Source: Mobula hypostoma (taxonomy: Eukaryota). Taken from it: a stretch of 64,000 nt of DNA. Within the stretch, counting starts at the first letter, position 1. Every line of letters starts with the position of its first letter. A program made the translations under genes and the position numbers. The stretch spans positions 22,570,001-22,634,000 of the forward strand of contig NC_086109.1 of NCBI RefSeq assembly GCF_963921235.1, in the 5' to 3' direction. The notes below the pieces were generated by a model, which searched no databases, was not told the origin of the DNA, and saw nothing but the letters and a program-made list of their open reading frames with translations. Positions 1-11,035 of the stretch are shown piece after piece.

Positions 1-2299
1 CCGCACCATGCTTTTATTTGGCATTTGAGCAGCATCATTGGTCACCCAGATGGTGTTTGTGGAAACTGGATAAAGTGCGAGAACATCAGTTACAAGTTTC
101 ACAGAATAATGTTGCCAAGGTTCCCAGTGCTCTGCTGTGCTGAAACTCGCCTTCTCATTCTCAGGACAGTGTTCCCTATGGAATGGGAAGGTCTTTTAGT
201 CCTTAGCATTAAGCACATTAGCTCTGATTGTTGGATCCCATTCTTTTACGGACATTCTGCAATACAAGCAAAGTTTGCTCAGTTTCAGGGGTAAAGAGAC
301 ACCAAATGTTGCATTACGGGAGAGAATTCCCAGAGTTCAATGATAAATGGAGAAGCTGGTAAATGACATGTATATTTTGGGCCATCGAGACACTCCTAAG
401 TGAGGTCCAAAGACCCGAAGCAGGAGGTTACAAGAATGTGAGTGCTACCTTTGAAATCCTCCACTTTGGGCAACCCTGTCATGCCCTCTCGGCATGATCT
501 TGTGGGCTGAAGAGATAGCCACTCTCTGAGTATGAAATTGTATGACCTCACCATTGAAGCAGTGTGCAGAGAAGTAAGATGTGACAAAGATGATCAGAAG
601 TGGCCTGGAGTGATCCTGAGGCTGGGAAACTGATCTCCATTGGGAAATCAATCAAGGCTGCATTTGAAGTCCTGGAGGTTACAACCCTCTATGAGAAAAA
701 AAGTATGCAGTTTGAGTGTTGGCCCTTTAAGTAACACCATTTCAACAGAAATAGTTTAGTAATACCAGGCTCTTCTTGAATAAATGGATTCATTTTCCAG
801 ACTACAGAAAGTATCTGGATTTTGACCACAGCTGAATTTTGTTGCTGTACTATTGGTATCATTTGGGTGAACCTTATATTGGAAAAAAAAGTGTGAGGGA
901 GAACAAAAACCCCACTGAGGAATGAGGAAGGGAAATTTTGCAAAGGCATTAAAACACTCAGAAATGTGTGCCACTTTGATCAACGCTGGGTTAACTTAGT
1001 TTTCGACAGTGGAACACCATTGTTTGGAATTATATGATTAGCGTTTAGTGCTAGGTCCTGTCAGTTCATTAGACACCAGTGGAAGGGCACCACAATCAAA
1101 TCTAACTTTTTGGTCCTCGGCGGTGAAATGAGGCAGGAGCGGGAGGATGAGGTGTCTGATGCAGGTAGTGGAACGATTGGTAACTGGTTTTGATGGGCCT
1201 GGAATGCTATTTAGGACTAAAATTAATGGTTAAGTTTGCTCCATTCTAACCCAGGGCCACTGTACGAAACTATAGCTATTTTAGTGCTATACCCCTGAGA
1301 TCAGCTGATTCAGCTGGGAAAGGTTGTTTTTCACCTCAGTCGGAGAAAATGCCACTGGGGAGATGGAGGTGGAGTTGTTGATTTTCTGGACCTTGGCATA
1401 AATATCTGTGCTGTGTGACGTCACATGCTGGAAAACAGCGTACACACGAACAATGACATGAAATCATCAAAAGCCACTGAATATTTTCATGAAGAAAACT
1501 ATTAATTGTCCATTGTTGTCATTAATATTTTAGAGAAGGTTCATTTTCATAAACAGTTCTTATTAAATATTGGTAACAATAGGAAAAAATCACCATAATG
1601 TATCACTGCGGACAATTATTTCAGAATAAATATCCACATTCTCTTAATCTGAACACCACTTTAAACAAGGTAATCCTTAATCACATCATATCTGGCACAA
1701 GGTGTGTACATAAAATAAACTGTGTGGTTGAATTTCAAAACCTCAGAGCACGCAACTATAAACTTGGAGCTGATGGATGGAGTCCAGTCTTCCAAGATCC
1801 ACATGTCCTGCTCTGAATCTTACACCTTTAAGTCTTTGAGATCTTTAGAATTCTTTAATATTTCTCCTGCCAAATTTGTGACTCCAAAAAAATAAATAAT
1901 TCAACCATTTATTTTTTGGCTTATCGCTGTATCGTTACAGATCCTCCTACTGCACGGAATAGTGGGCATTTAACCTACGCGCTTTCAATTGAAGGGGTTC
2001 AAGGATGCCAAAGGAGAGCTTGTTGCAAAAGAAGAGGTGTGGCAAAGTGAACAGAGGAATGAGCATCGGCAACGGGAGACTGCACTCTTTTGAGTTTGCC
2101 TTAAATAGCATATGAATGCAAAAAGAACACTCATTTTGACTTCTCACTTTTATCCAGTGAAACCACTAAAGCAGATGAAACTCTGCCTTGTCCTTCTCAC
2201 CTGTGTGTTTGCTGATCTATAATGCCTCCTATTTTGGGAATGTCTCTGGTTTAAAATTCTCAATTTTTTTTTCAAATTCCACTGTGGCTCTACCCCTGC

Positions 2300-2572
2300 T
2301 TCTGCAGTCCTCCAGCCTTTTGCAATATCTCCAATGGCAGGCGTATATGTATCCTAGATGGTAGCACTGGTGACTATGCCATTAACTGCTCTGAGGTTTA
2401 GAGTTCTCTTTCTTTCTCGTTTTTTCCTAACTAACTTAACCTTTTAAGCAAAGCTTTTGTCACCTGTCTCAATATCTCTAAGTAGCACAGTGTTGCATTT
2501 TGCCTGATAACTGCAAAGTGCTTTGGGACGTGTTTGTTACATTCAAGGCTTTATACTAATGCAAGTTGTTGT
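2300..2572 (+). mobile_element. Old L2-type LINE/SINE 3' tail in the presumptive GPR61 3'UTR
   Basis: Ends aaagtgctttgggacg...ggctttatactaatgcaagttgttgt, a typical L2/DeuSINE-type 3' end. Confidence 0.45.
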
Positions 2573-2927
2573 CGCCAAATGTACTAAATCTGCTCTCCAA
2601 CACATACAAGGCTAAATTTGACCCCTCTCCTCACTACGTTATCAACAGACAAATCAAAATGTTTCTCAAAATCTGCAAACAATGAGGAAATCTACTGACA
2701 TGTTCTTACAAGTTTGAGGTTTACTTTAGAAAACATCTTAAATGTGTTTTTTTCTGTTAGTAAATTTGGAAATTAATATTAAACCTGAAATCTGAGTAAG
2801 ATAAAGAATATTAAAACAAAATCACTAAGATACATGGCTTCCTATCAGTTAGGATTGTTTCTGGAAACAATCATGAGCAGTTTAACTATTTAACTTTAAA
2901 TAATTTGGTTAACTTTACTCACATATA

Positions 2928-4274
2928 TTAAGCATCATGTTTTGGTGACCTGCTCGTTCTAATACAGCTGTTGGACATCGTAAAATCAGTGGCTATGTTT
3001 TGTTCAAGGAATTCTGATGTTTCTTCTGCAATCTGACCAGGTATCCTGAAACCCAGTCCTGACTGGTCTAACTTTGGACTGGAAGCATCATAGCTGGACC
3101 TGGTTTCTGCATTGCAACCTGTCCTCTGCAAAAACTGCATAAAGTTCTCCTCAATGGACCCTTCTCGGCTCGGTAGCCGGAGATCCTCTTCCAGGGTCTG
3201 TTTGAAGAGACAGGTGAGGTGCTTGCTCAATTCCCCCCTGATCTGTCGATTGAGGCATCCGTAAAAGAAGGGGTTAATGCTGAATGAGGTGTACCCGATC
3301 CAAGTAACAATTGCTTCCCAGAGGCCCGAGGGGATTGAATTTTGGGTCATAGCAGAATGCAGGTGAAAAGCAAAAAATGGCAGCCAGCAAAACACAAACT
3401 GGCCCCCAACCAGAATGAGGATAATGGCTGCTTTTCCCCCTCCAAATGTCCTTTGTGGGGAAACCCTTGGTCCTCCAGAGCTGGTGACCATGGTGGACCT
3501 ACTGCTGAGTGATTCTGACCTCTGCCGTGGTGTGTCCATCCATGTGGGCAGGGGTCCGTGTTGCATTGCCGCTACCCTGGCCACCTTGAACATGTTGCAG
3601 TAAACTATCAGGATAATTAAGACTGGGAACAAAAAATAAAACAGGCCAAAGAACGTTATGAAAACCTTTCTGTATATCTCTCCATCCCATCGCAAGGAGC
3701 ACTGATTGTTCATGCGGCCTTGGGAATTCCAACCCAAAATTGCGATTATTGACATTAAAATGGCTTTAATCCATATACAGATAATGACAAACATCACTAG
3801 CTTCAATGTCACCCTCACTTCATATCTCATTGGATGTACTATATAGTAGTATCGCTCAACATTAATGGCCAGGATAGATAATATAGATGCACTAATGAAT
3901 AACATGCTTAGGAAGAGGTATATCTGACACAAGGTGTCACTGAACTCTATGTTATCAAAAAGAGCAGAGCTCGACACCATCCCTAAAGGCATCAGGATTA
4001 AGACAGCTGTCAGGTCCACTAAGCACAGATGGAATACAAAGACAAACTTTTTGAATAACGGAGTCCTGATAATTACAAGCATCACAGCAGCGTTTCCAAT
4101 GATCCCAACTAGGTCGACCAGCAGCATCAAGAAGAGGCCAATAGACTGTGAAACAAGATCCCTGTCTGCGGACACCAAGCTTTTATTGAAGAGCATGGAA
4201 GTAGGAGAGACCCTTTGCTGTCTTCCCGGAGTGGAAGTATTCCATTCCCATTCCACAGAAACTGGGGCAGCCAT
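2928..4274 (-). CDS. GPR61: Orphan class A G protein-coupled receptor 61, 448 aa, single coding exon
   Basis: Seven hydrophobic segments with GN (TM1), LCLVD (TM2), NVERY (TM3), CWLP (TM6), NPFFY (TM7). Long stretches I recognise from GPR61: VAAMQHGPLPTWM.TPRQRSESLSSRSTMVTSSG, RTFGGGKAA, GCLNRQIRGELSK, LRLPSREGSIEENF, FRIPGQIAEETSEFLEQ. Confidence 0.97.
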   Translation of the reverse strand: MAAPVSVEWEWNTSTPGRQQRVSPTSMLFNKSLVSADRDLVSQSIGLFLMLLVDLVGIIGNAAVMLVIIRTPLFKKFVFVFHLCLVDLTAVLILMPLGMVSSSALFDNIEFSDTLCQIYLFLSMLFISASILSILAINVERYYYIVHPMRYEVRVTLKLVMFVIICIWIKAILMSIIAILGWNSQGRMNNQCSLRWDGEIYRKVFITFFGLFYFLFPVLIILIVYCNMFKVARVAAMQHGPLPTWMDTPRQRSESLSSRSTMVTSSGGPRVSPQRTFGGGKAAIILILVGGQFVFCWLPFFAFHLHSAMTQNSIPSGLWEAIVTWIGYTSFSINPFFYGCLNRQIRGELSKHLTCLFKQTLEEDLRLPSREGSIEENFMQFLQRTGCNAETRSSYDASSPKLDQSGLGFRIPGQIAEETSEFLEQNIATDFTMSNSCIRTSRSPKHDA

Positions 4275-4660
4275 GGATAGGTAAAGTGTTGGAAGGATGG
4301 AGATCCTAAAGCCGTTCTTTCTAGTCCATCACCCATCCTCTTTAGGGGTAGTAGCTTGCTTTGCGGTCAGTGGACTCTTCTTTCTTTTTAACCATGCACA
4401 CTTTGGCTAGCCATCAATATCAACCAATTAGGCAGTTGGCATATTTAATGAAATAGTTTCAAAGTGGCTTAGTTACCTCCAAATTGTGATGTGTGCTAGT
4501 TTTTATTATCCATTAATCATGACTTGAAAAGATTTAACGTGCCTTCACCAATCCAGCCCTTTAATCTTCCGGCTTATATTACCAAGTAGGCATTGGGTTC
4601 AGAACATTCATTTCCAGGAAACCTGTATAGTTAAAAATGTAAAAAGAGTTAAGTTCACAT
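4275..4660 (-). promoter_or_regulatory. GPR61: 5'UTR part of the GPR61 coding exon with predicted 3' splice site (exon begins at 4622)
   Basis: Minus strand reads cttaac-tctttttacatttttaactatacAG|gtttcc: branch-like motif, pyrimidine tract, CAG acceptor at 4623-4625. Mammalian GPR61 has a non-coding first exon. Confidence 0.65.
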
Positions 4661-4789
4661 AGATATACAGTAGGTGTTGTACCCAGTTCTTATATGCCCA
4701 CTTTTCCAAATGCATGATCTGATCAGGGACTCAGAATTTATATATGCCTCATTATTTATTTGTTTATTTGTTTGTTTATTCTTTTATTT

Positions 4790-5050
4790 AGAGATACAGT
4801 GCAGAACAGGTCCTTCTGGCCCAACGAGCTGTGCCAGCCCACAGCCCCCTTATTTAACACTAGCCTAATCACAGGACAAATGACAAATGACCAATTAATC
4901 CACTAACCAGTACATCTTTGGATTGCGGGAGAAACCCATGGGGTAATGGGGAGAACGTACAAATCCCTTACAGGTAGCATTGGAATTGCATTCCGAACCG
5001 CCCCAAACGTATTAGCATCACACTAACTGTTACGCTTCCATGGCACCCAC
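4790..5050 (-). mobile_element. tRNA-derived SINE (HE1/V-SINE-like)
   Basis: Reverse complement of the core gtacgttctcccc...gggtttctccc...ccaaagatgtactggttag, which recurs throughout the window. Confidence 0.7.
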
Positions 5051-5194
5051 ACTTGAATACTCTGAGCCTGTAATTTCCGATCAAGGCAAAGTTGCTGATT
5101 TGCATACCTCATATAGAGATGGTTAAGTGACTCATTAATTCTCCAGAACCTTTCCAATAACTACCATCCCTCCCATTTGTCTAACAATCTCTTT

Positions 5195-5520
5195 GACCCC
5201 TACTATCAGGCAGGAGGTACCATTGCATTAGCAAAAAAACTGTTAGGATAGGAAACAGTTTCTTCCTCCAGGCTGTATGACGACTGAAATCTCTGTCACC
5301 ACCCGAGTCTCATCACGTATGAAACGCCTGTGACATTATATTATTTAGTTTTTATCTTGTATCTTGTATGCACCTTATGATCTGTTGATTTATTTGTGGT
5401 AATAATACTCTATGTGTTATGTGTGTGAGTTACATGTACTGAGTTGTGCACTTGGCCTGAAGGAACGTCGTTTCATTTGGCGGTATACATGTGTATAATT
5501 GAAAGACTAATAAACTTGAA
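5195..5520 (+). mobile_element. Rex1/Babar-like LINE 3' fragment
   Basis: caggcaggaggtac...aacagtttcttcc motif shared with the other Rex1/Babar copies; ends with aataaacttgaa tail. Confidence 0.55.
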
Positions 5521-5623
5521 CACAAGAGAGGAATGTGATGAAAACGTTTTCAATGAGTTCATTGTCAATAAATGACAAGAAGTCTGCATCATACTGAACA
5601 AATCCAGGATTATTTTCATCATG

Positions 5624-5786
5624 CAAACACGAGGAGTTCTGCAGATGCTGGAAATTCAAGCAACACACATCAAAGTTGCTGGTGAACGCAGCAGGCCAGG
5701 CAGCATCTCTAGCCTGGCCTGCTGCATTGACTGTGCCTCTTCCTAGAGATGCTGCCTGGCCTGCTGCGTTCACCAGCAACTTTGAT
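5624..5786. mobile_element. Penelope-like terminal repeat in inverted arrangement
   Basis: Perfect 44-bp inverted repeat 5669-5712 / 5743-5786. Flanked by attat(t/c)ttcatcatg at 5609-5623 and 5791-5805 (probable TSD). Confidence 0.75.
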
Positions 5787-7211
5787 ATCCATTATCTTCA
5801 TCATGTTTTGTTAATACTAGCATTAATGCAATGTGGCTGTAATATTCACCATCCACCTTCCGAAGCTTCCTACATGGCACTAGCCAACCCCAATGTTAAG
5901 GGCACTAAGCTCAAAACATCATTACACAAACAAATTCCTAACTAAATTACCTACCCTTCCAACTGAAGATTCCTCTTCATCACTAGATCAAAACCCTGGA
6001 ATCCCTACAAGCACTATCACAAGGGCTCACCATCACAGAGAACCACCATCACATGGATTGTGGCAGATCAAGAAGTTAATTACCGGTTCGTAGGTTAAGT
6101 GGTCATTGTAAATTGTCCTGTGATTAGGCTAGTATTAAATGAATGGTTGCTGGGCGGCACAGCTGATTGGGCCAGAAGGGCCTGTTCTGCATTGTAAAAT
6201 CAATAAAAATCATCTTCTCATGAAAAACTAAGGATTGCGTATAAAAGCTGACTTTGCTACTAATACTTTCAGCTCTAAAATAAGCACAAACTTTTCAAAG
6301 GAAGGAAATGGACTTCAAAAATAAAGCAAAAATACAGAAAATAAAAAGGAATTATTATCAATAAAAACTTCCAAGTCTTTTCAAACTTGGATGACATTTT
6401 CTATTGAGGACTATGAAGCACTGAAATAGCACCCCCAATTACAATAATCCTAGAACAGTTAGAAACCCTTCTGAAAGAATAGCTACAATGGCAATTTAGT
6501 TTTCTAGCACTGTGCACCTTTTATCAAAAGATCAAAGGAACTCTTTTCTTTGAATTTAATTAGCATCATTGTAACTTTGATCAAAAAGAATGAGTTTGTG
6601 CCTTTTGTGTCGATGCATGTTCATGCAAATGTGAACATTATCCTCAGCTCCCACCAGAAAATTTGGTTGCAAATGTATTTATAACTAGGATGAAAATTAC
6701 CTTATGCAGAGAGGAAATTTTATCCAATTTTAAAAAAGGAGTTTATAGGAGAAGTATTATTTATGCGTAAGTGGCAATGTTGGCAATTAGTGTCTTATTT
6801 GTGGAGGGCCTACTTCTTGAACCATAAAGCTTGTTAAAGCCTGCAGGTCTTTAGTCAGCCATTTTGGAGGACCATCAAGTTCAGGACTGAAGTTACATTT
6901 AGATTAGACAGGATAAGAAGATGTATTTTCTTCCACACAAAAGAACCAGTTGTGTTCTTACAACAATGTGAAATTTGACAGTCAATTAGCTTTAAGATAT
7001 TTTTTGTGAAATAATTCCAGATGATCAGAAAAATAGCATCATCATTGTACCACTGCATTTTCTGGGAGGATCTATGTCAATTAATTAGCACAGATGTTGA
7101 TTTTGACATTCAGGGGTCAAAAACAGAGCAAATTCTTCAAAAATTCTTTGTTCGAACTGAATTAGAAAGAGGCATTGAGAGGACTGGAAGGTTCTTTGGT
7201 AAACAGAATCA

Positions 7212-7415
7212 CTCACACAAAATGCTAGAGGATCTACGAAGGTTAGGGAGCGTTTATGGAACGGAAAGAACAGTTGATATTTCAATTCCCGATGAAGAGT
7301 CTCAGCCTGAAGCATTGACTGTTTATTCCTCTCCATAGTGCTGCCTGACCTGCTGAGTTCCTCCAGCATTTTGTATGTGTTACTCTGGATTTCCTGCAAC
7401 TGCAGAATCTCTTCT
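7212..7415. mobile_element. Penelope-like inverted terminal-repeat fragment with degenerate hammerhead
   Basis: cacacaaaatgct...gatgaagagtctcagcctgaagcattgactg...gctgcctgacctgctgagttcctccagcattttg. Confidence 0.7.
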
Positions 7416-8467
7416 GACTCTGATAAACATTTTGTCAGTAAACCCTGATTTGCAGATTGAAAACTATTTTGGATGGCATTTGGTGACATGCTTACCTATT
7501 TTTGGTCCCTCGCATCACTGGGGCAACAAAAAATGTAAACTTTTCTAGGTTTTAACAACTCTTATTTTTAACTCATTATCTGGTTCTGCATTGGACTGCT
7601 GATAGAAAATATATTTTTCAAGTGTGCCAAGTGTGGTGCAATCAGAACTGAGCCAATCTATTGCACTACATTTTCATGTAATAGAGAATTTGCATCTTCA
7701 GAGTTTAAAGTACAAACAGTTTGTATTAACCCTGCTGTTCAGATATAATGGGTGTACTGTTGGCGTGACCCTGTTCGTGTCAGCAGAATTCCTGTCTGCT
7801 GGAGTTCCACCCATGACAAACTATTTAATCTGCATCAGGATTAATAATTTGTGTCCTGACTGCTCTGTGCTTATCACCAATATCAATGTCTGTATTAGGT
7901 CCTGTTGCTGGGATTGTGAATCACCAGCTTCAAGCAGTATACTAAATAATGGTTCAAAGCCCGAACATAATCTCCATTTATCAGTGACAATTAGAACTCT
8001 GGTGAAGTCAATTTTCTCATTATCAAATTGCTTAGTTTATTTTTATTTATTATTTCTTCCTGATTTTTTTTCCCGTAAAGGCTCTGGATAGTTAAGATGA
8101 GCTCCATGGGGCTGAGGTTTGAAGTCTATCCAGGCAAAATTGTATCCATGAATGCCCTATCAAAGGAATTTAACAATATATCTCATTCTGCTTGCTCTTC
8201 CCCAAGAGTCAAACAATTTCCCCCTTTGAGGTAATTATCTTAATTTTCTTTATAAGTTTTTTTTAAACTGAATCTCTTTCTACTGTATTTTCAGGTGCTC
8301 CATTCCATATAATAATTACTCTCTCCAGCTCAGTGCAGTGCTTTTGTTTACCCATTATCTTAAACTGAGTCCTTTCAATATCCCAACACTTCTACTCATG
8401 GAAACTACTTCTGCTTCTCTGCATTATGAAAACTCCTTACAAATTTGTTTGCCTCAGTTTTCCACAG

Positions 8468-8778
8468 TCAGGTTGGAGGAACAACACCTTATATTCTGTC
8501 TGGGTAGCCTCCAACCTGATGGCATGAACATTGACTTCTCTAACTTCTGCTAATGCCCAACCTCCCCCTCGTACCCCATCCGTTATTTACTTTTACACAC
8601 ACATTCTTTCTCTCACTCTCCTTTTTCTCCCTCTGTCCCTCTGACTATACCCCTTGCCCATCCTCTGGGTTCCCCCCCCCCCTTTTCCTTCTCCCTGGGC
8701 CTCCTGTCCTATGATCCTCTCATATCCCTTTTGCCAATCACCTGTCCAGCTCTTGGCTCCATCCCTCCCCCTCCTGTC
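8468..8778 (+). mobile_element. Penelope-like element fragment (GIY-YIG C-terminus plus 3' region)
   Basis: Encodes RLEEQHLIFCLGSLQPDGMNIDFSNFC*. 13-bp direct repeat TTTGCCTCAGTTT at 8448-8460 and 8779-8791. Near-identical to the reverse complement of ~14490-14805. Confidence 0.8.
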
Positions 8779-8799
8779 TTTGCCTCAGTTTAATCTTTT

Positions 8800-9025
8800 T
8801 TTAGAAATACAGTCCTTCCTGGCCAATGAGCCCAGGCTGCCCAATTATACCATGAGTCTAATTAACCTACTAGCCTGCACGACTTTGCAATGTTGGGGGA
8901 AACCGGGGCACCCTGAGGAAGTCCACACATCGCAGGGAGAGCGTATAAACAGTGAACAGCGTACTTGAACCTGGGTTGCTGGTATTATAATAGCATGACG
9001 CTAACCACCTCGCCACTGGGCTGCC
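8800..9025 (-). mobile_element. tRNA-derived SINE (HE1/V-SINE-like)
   Basis: Minus strand gggcagcccagtggcgaggtggttagcg...ccaggttcaag (A/B-box-like head) followed by the V-SINE-like core. Confidence 0.7.
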
Positions 9026-9235
9026 CTTCTGCTAATCTTCTTTGCTCTAAAGGAAATATCACTCATTTTTCTAGTCTTTTTGTGTGGCTGAATCCTTCAT
9101 CCTTAGAATTAATCTGAAAACAAAATTATCCTGCATCTTATTGGAGACCGTGCCATCTCCCTGATCAGTGGTGTTCTGAATTTGATATATTTTTCCAGCT
9201 GAAGCTGAATTAGTAGTTTATATGCCCTTGTAAGA

Positions 9236-9750
9236 TTGCAGGCTTAAATATTACTACCGGTTTATAAAGCACTGAATGATCTAGAGCCAAAATACATTTC
9301 TGATCTCTTGCTGTATTATGAACCTTCCTGAGCTCCCAGGTCATCTGGGGTGGGACTGCTTACTGTCCCCAGGGTCAAAGCTAAATAGGGTGAAGCAGCT
9401 TTTAGTCACTATGCACCACATGCTTCAGAGGATCTGATGTTTGCCCCAACTTTAAGCTCTTTTAAATTGAGGCTTTAAAATTTCATTTTTTTTTCTTCTA
9501 TGCTGTAGTTTGTAGAAAATCATAAATAATCTTTTTAAAAAAATTTCATTTTTGCTGTAGCTTTTAATTAGAATTTCTTGCACTGCAACTTCTATCCCTT
9601 TTTTAATCTATTTATCATATCTATTTTTGTGTGATTTTATTCTTTTGTATTGTCTGAAATTTGATGTTTGATTGTTCTATCTTGTTCTATGTAAAGCACT
9701 TTGAACTGCCTTGTGTTTGAAAGGTGCTGTACAAGTAAACTTGCCTTGTC
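9236..9750 (+). mobile_element. L2 LINE 3' end (ORF2 terminus plus 3'UTR)
   Basis: Degenerate VYKALNDLEPKYISDLL / GEAAFS coding remnant; tail gtaaagcactttgaactgcc...aaaggtgctgtacaagtaaacttgccttg. Confidence 0.7.
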
Positions 9751-10254
9751 TTTAAGTTTTGAAACCCACACCCCCGTCTCCTTCACATTTTATTGATACT
9801 GCTAAGTCATATAAATAAATAACTTGTGTTCCTTTATGTTCTGAATCAGTTGGAAATGCTTATTTCATTATAAGATTTCATCCTGTTTACTGAGAAACCA
9901 CTTACCACACAGTAGCCTGACTGCTTTATAACACCAAATTTTCAGTGTTGAGTTGACATTGTTGATTTTACTGCCAGTAACTAAGTACATGTGTTAAATA
10001 AATGGTTGTAAACTTCTTTGCTTTACTATTCTGAATCATCTTCACCATAGAACACTTCAGCACACTCCTCACCAATCATGGTGCCAAACCAGGCTAATCC
10101 CATCTGACTGTATTTGGTCTATATCTCAGTGGTACTTGCTTGAACATGTACCTGTCTAAATGCCTAAACATTGCTATCATATCTGCTTCTACCATGTCCT
10201 TTCGAAGCACATTCCTGACACCTAACACTCTCTGTGTAAAAATCTTGCCATATA

Positions 10255-10963
10255 CACTCACTGACCCGGCTGGTGGCGTAGTGGCATCAGCGCAAACCAC
10301 TGCTGTAACTTGCCTCGTACGCGATTCCCCACTACGTCAGAGAGGCGTGGAGGGAAATCGTCCGCTAACCGGGGAAACTCCAGATGCGACATACCTTTCC
10401 TTTTATACACTCACTGGCCACTTTATTAGGTACCTCCAGCACCTAATAAAGTGACCAGCAAGTGTATATTCATGGTCTTCTGCTGCTATAGCCCATCCAC
10501 TTCAAAGTTCAACATGTTGTGCTCTTCTGCACACCACTCTTATAACATGTGGTCAATTGATTGATTGCCTTCATGTCAGCTCAAGCAAGTCTGGTCATTC
10601 TCCTTTGACCTCTCTCATTAACAGGATGCTTTCGCCTACAGAGCTGCCACTCACTGAATTTTTTTTTTGTTTTTTTGCTTCTTTCTCTGTAAACTCTAGC
10701 GATTGTTGTGCATGAAAATTCCAGGAGATCAGCTGCTTCTGAGATACTCAAACCACCCTGTCTGGCACCAACAATCATTCCACAGTCAAAGTGACTCAGA
10801 TGACATTACTTCCCATTCTGATGTTTGGTCTGAGCAACAACTGAATCTCTTAACCATGCCTGCATTCTTTTATGCATTGAGTTGTTGGCACATGATTGGC
10901 TGAATAGATACTTACATTAACAAGCAGGTGTGCAGGTGTATCTAATAAAGTGCCCACTGAGTG
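10255..10963 (-). mobile_element. Non-autonomous Tc1/mariner element
   Basis: TA-flanked TIRs CACTCACTGGCCACTTTATTAGGTAC ... GTATCTAATAAAGTGCCCACTGAGTG. Minus ORF MIVGARQGGLSISEAADLLEFSCTTIARVYRE resembles a Tc1 N-terminal HTH. Confidence 0.85.
10265..10403 (+). mobile_element. Internally deleted tRNA-head SINE inserted into the Tc1 TIR
   Basis: Starts ggctggtggcgtagtggcatcagcgc (same head as 28572). Duplication tatacactcactg at 10251-10263 and 10404-10416. Confidence 0.7.
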
Positions 10964-11035
10964 TAAATCTCCTTTAACCACTCCCTCTTAATGTGATGTT
11001 CTACCCTGATACTTCTACCCTGGGATGAAGATTCT

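Noticed and set aside
3415..4284. Plus-strand ORFs (62 aa, 116 aa) antisense to GPR61
   Set aside because: Shadow frames of the real CDS; no recognisable protein features.
7624..8091. 155-aa ORF in the GPR61 intron (and similar ORFs at 22774 and 29970)
   Set aside because: Non-ATG starts, no recognisable domain or exon structure; chance ORFs or antisense to decayed LINEs.
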